The position numbers and the translations under genes are program-made. The notes under the pieces are model-generated. The model saw only the letters and a program-made list of their open reading frames with translations. It searched no databases and had not been told where the DNA came from. Shown here in pieces: positions 63,439-64,000 of a stretch of 64,000 nucleotides of DNA (within the stretch, counting starts at the first letter, position 1; the number at the start of each line of letters is the position of its first letter). The stretch covers positions 74,992 through 138,991 of the forward strand of contig CAVXIH010000005.1 of NCBI GenBank assembly GCA_963761825.1, written 5' to 3'. The stretch comes from an uncultured Acidobacteriota bacterium (lineage in GTDB: Bacteria; Acidobacteriota; UBA6911).

Positions 63439-64000
63439 GGAATTTTGAATTCATAGAGGGCATCAAACGGATTTTCTACAGGGAGGCGACGGATTTTCCC
63501 GAATCCCGCTTTTTCGCCGAGCATTTTTATTTCAGACCCCTTAATTGCCGCACCATAGCCGGGGCCTCCTTCTGTCAGGACGGAACTCATGCAATAAAAG
63601 AGGGACACGCCATAATTCCAGTTTGCATAGGTGTGGCCCGTGCTTTCTTCAATTTTTTCGGGAACGTTTGCTTCCATAATCAGACAGGAACCGCCTCGTT
63701 TGAGCGCTTGTTTCACCGAAACAAGCACCCGGACCGGGTCGGCCAGATGATGCAATGCATAGAAAATCGTAATCAGATCGTAACGCCCTGCCGGCAAGGT
63801 AAAGCCATCGTACGTGTCGAAATGGATGCGGCCGCCAAACCCGGCTGAAGCCGCATTTTTTCTGGCCTTGTCAATGGAAGTTGCAAATACGTCAAGGCCG
63901 AATACTTCGGCTTTCGGAAAAGCCCCGGCAATCGCGATGGAGGCAAGCCCGCCGCCGCATCCCAGGTCCAGAGCTGCACCGCCCTTGTTCAGCCGCGCCA
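63396..64000 (-). CDS. Class I SAM methyltransferase, 5' part outside the window
   Basis: The open frame from the window end reads LDLGCGGG...YDLITIFYALHHL; its last residues are encoded by the transposon inverted repeat. Confidence 0.85.
   Translation of the reverse strand, partial: ARLNKGGAALDLGCGGGLASIAIAGAFPKAEVFGLDVFATSIDKARKNAASAGFGGRIHFDTYDGFTLPAGRYDLITIFYALHHLADPVRVLVSVKQALKRGGSCLIMEANVPEKIEESTGHTYANWNYGVSLFYCMSSVLTEGGPGYGAAIKGSEIKMLGEKAGFGKIRRLPVENPFDALYEFKIPVPGYTVPFASSSG

Noticed and set aside
1-64000. tRNA, rRNA, tmRNA or known riboswitch genes
   Set aside because: I saw no T-loop/anticodon cloverleaf or rRNA signature in any intergenic gap by eye; tRNAscan-SE and Infernal would be needed to exclude divergent RNAs.

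Overview
Bacterial chromosome segment, about 55-60% GC by eye, most likely from an anaerobic Acidobacteriota-like organism (inferred from gene content). Many genes are split by single-base indels, which look like uncorrected long-read errors, so gene limits below were reconstructed across reading frames. In order, the window holds: an ABC exporter (5' truncated); bshB1, a degenerate bshC-like gene, tsaE and nnr; an M48 protease and TolC; pilD and minor pilins with trpD inserted among them; menG/ubiE and aroB; IscU-like, inositol monophosphatase, anSME and AmrS genes; a pentose (L-arabinose-type) operon; iorAB and a pair of family III CoA-transferases; a BlaI plus M56-TonB module; gldA; and a second SSS transporter. 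The last 16 kb is a minus-strand [FeFe]-hydrogenase locus: rex, hydC, hydB::gltD fusion, hydA, response regulator, hydrogenase-like sensor kinase, response regulator, hybrid kinase, hydG, aspA, hydF. Four things stand out. (1) An H-cluster HydA is paired with a NuoF-GltD (StnB-like) fused flavoprotein. (2) A hydrogenase-domain histidine kinase phosphorelay has no DNA-binding output, and a perfect Rex operator sits on the promoter. (3) Two HUH (Y1/RAYT-like) transposases are each bracketed by their own inverted repeats, and one has an empty 54-bp copy elsewhere in the window. (4) A family of intergenic palindromes is built from short tandem units of period 6, 7, 8 or about 9 nt, many abutting or overlapping stop codons. 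I recognised no rRNA, tRNA or CRISPR array.
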